Source of the DNA: an uncultured Acidobacteriota bacterium
GTDB lineage: Bacteria > Acidobacteriota > Thermoanaerobaculia > Multivoradales > SZUA-115
DNA: 64,000 bases
Assembly (NCBI GenBank): GCA_963805975.1
Contig: CAWDVR010000004.1
Location: 352,001 to 416,000 of the forward strand
Direction: 5' to 3'
Shown here: in pieces, positions 63,798 through 64,000 of the stretch
How the letters are laid out: each line of letters begins with the position of its first letter
Position numbering within the stretch: the first letter of the stretch is position 1
Position numbers and translations under genes: made by a program
The notes under the pieces: model-generated
What the model was told of the DNA's origin: nothing
Database searches by the model: none
Seen by the model: only the letters and a program-made list of their open reading frames with translations

Positions 63798-64000
63798 CTA
63801 CATCCGCCGCCGGAGCACGAAGAGCGCCGCGCCGGCGAGGGCCGCCATCAGGAGCAGGAGGCCCAGAGTCGACTGCGTCGGGATGTCGATCGCGGCGCCG
63901 AGGCCGAAGACCGTCGCGTCGCCCACGGCACCCGTCGCCGGGTCGTCGGTCGGGAGCGTGGACTCGTTGCTGCCGTTGCCGTCGGAGTCGAAGTGGACGA
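63798..64000 (-). CDS. C-terminus of an IPTL-CTERM sorting-domain surface protein (partial)
   Basis: ..DDPATGAVGDATVFGLGAAIDIPTQSTLGLLLLMAALAGAALFVLRRRM*. Confidence 0.8.
   Translation of the reverse strand, partial: VHFDSDGNGSNESTLPTDDPATGAVGDATVFGLGAAIDIPTQSTLGLLLLMAALAGAALFVLRRRM

Overview
Very GC-rich bacterial chromosome segment. The gene repertoire (ADOP-type permease, HEAT-cyclophilin fusion, IPTL-CTERM protein, many TPR proteins) suggests Acidobacteriota, possibly Thermoanaerobaculia; this is inference. Most of the window is housekeeping: a DEAD/DEAH helicase, RluA synthase, S9 peptidase, FKBP, a complete Rrf2-sufBCDSU operon, a LiaF-like/LytS/LytTR module, accBC, an in-frame thiE-aroK fusion, a ccmABCDEF operon with a CxxxY-type CcmE, an ECF sigma/anti-sigma cluster, hbd, proS and a CNNM/hemolysin transporter. 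Accessory features are four unrelated PIN-domain toxin-antitoxin pairs, four families of REP-like palindromic repeats and a lower-GC stretch near 44-46 kb. The most notable observations are: (i) an orphan protein with repeated 'A(A/P)HV..AV..A.Q.K' motifs and a 'VIQR' junction, resembling a polymorphic effector; (ii) a Cys-motif YdjY-like lipoprotein translationally coupled to a ccm operon lacking ccmG/H; (iii) a duplicated cyclophilin 3' end bracketing a lamin-tail gene; (iv) one repeat family supplying the identical PSP-stop end of three unrelated genes; (v) a TA module bracketed by 38-bp direct repeats; (vi) a Pro/Arg-rich uORF coupled to the Mg2+-transporter-like gene. Eight single-base frameshifts were found, many probably sequencing errors. 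No rRNA, tRNA, CRISPR array, integrase or transposase was recognised.
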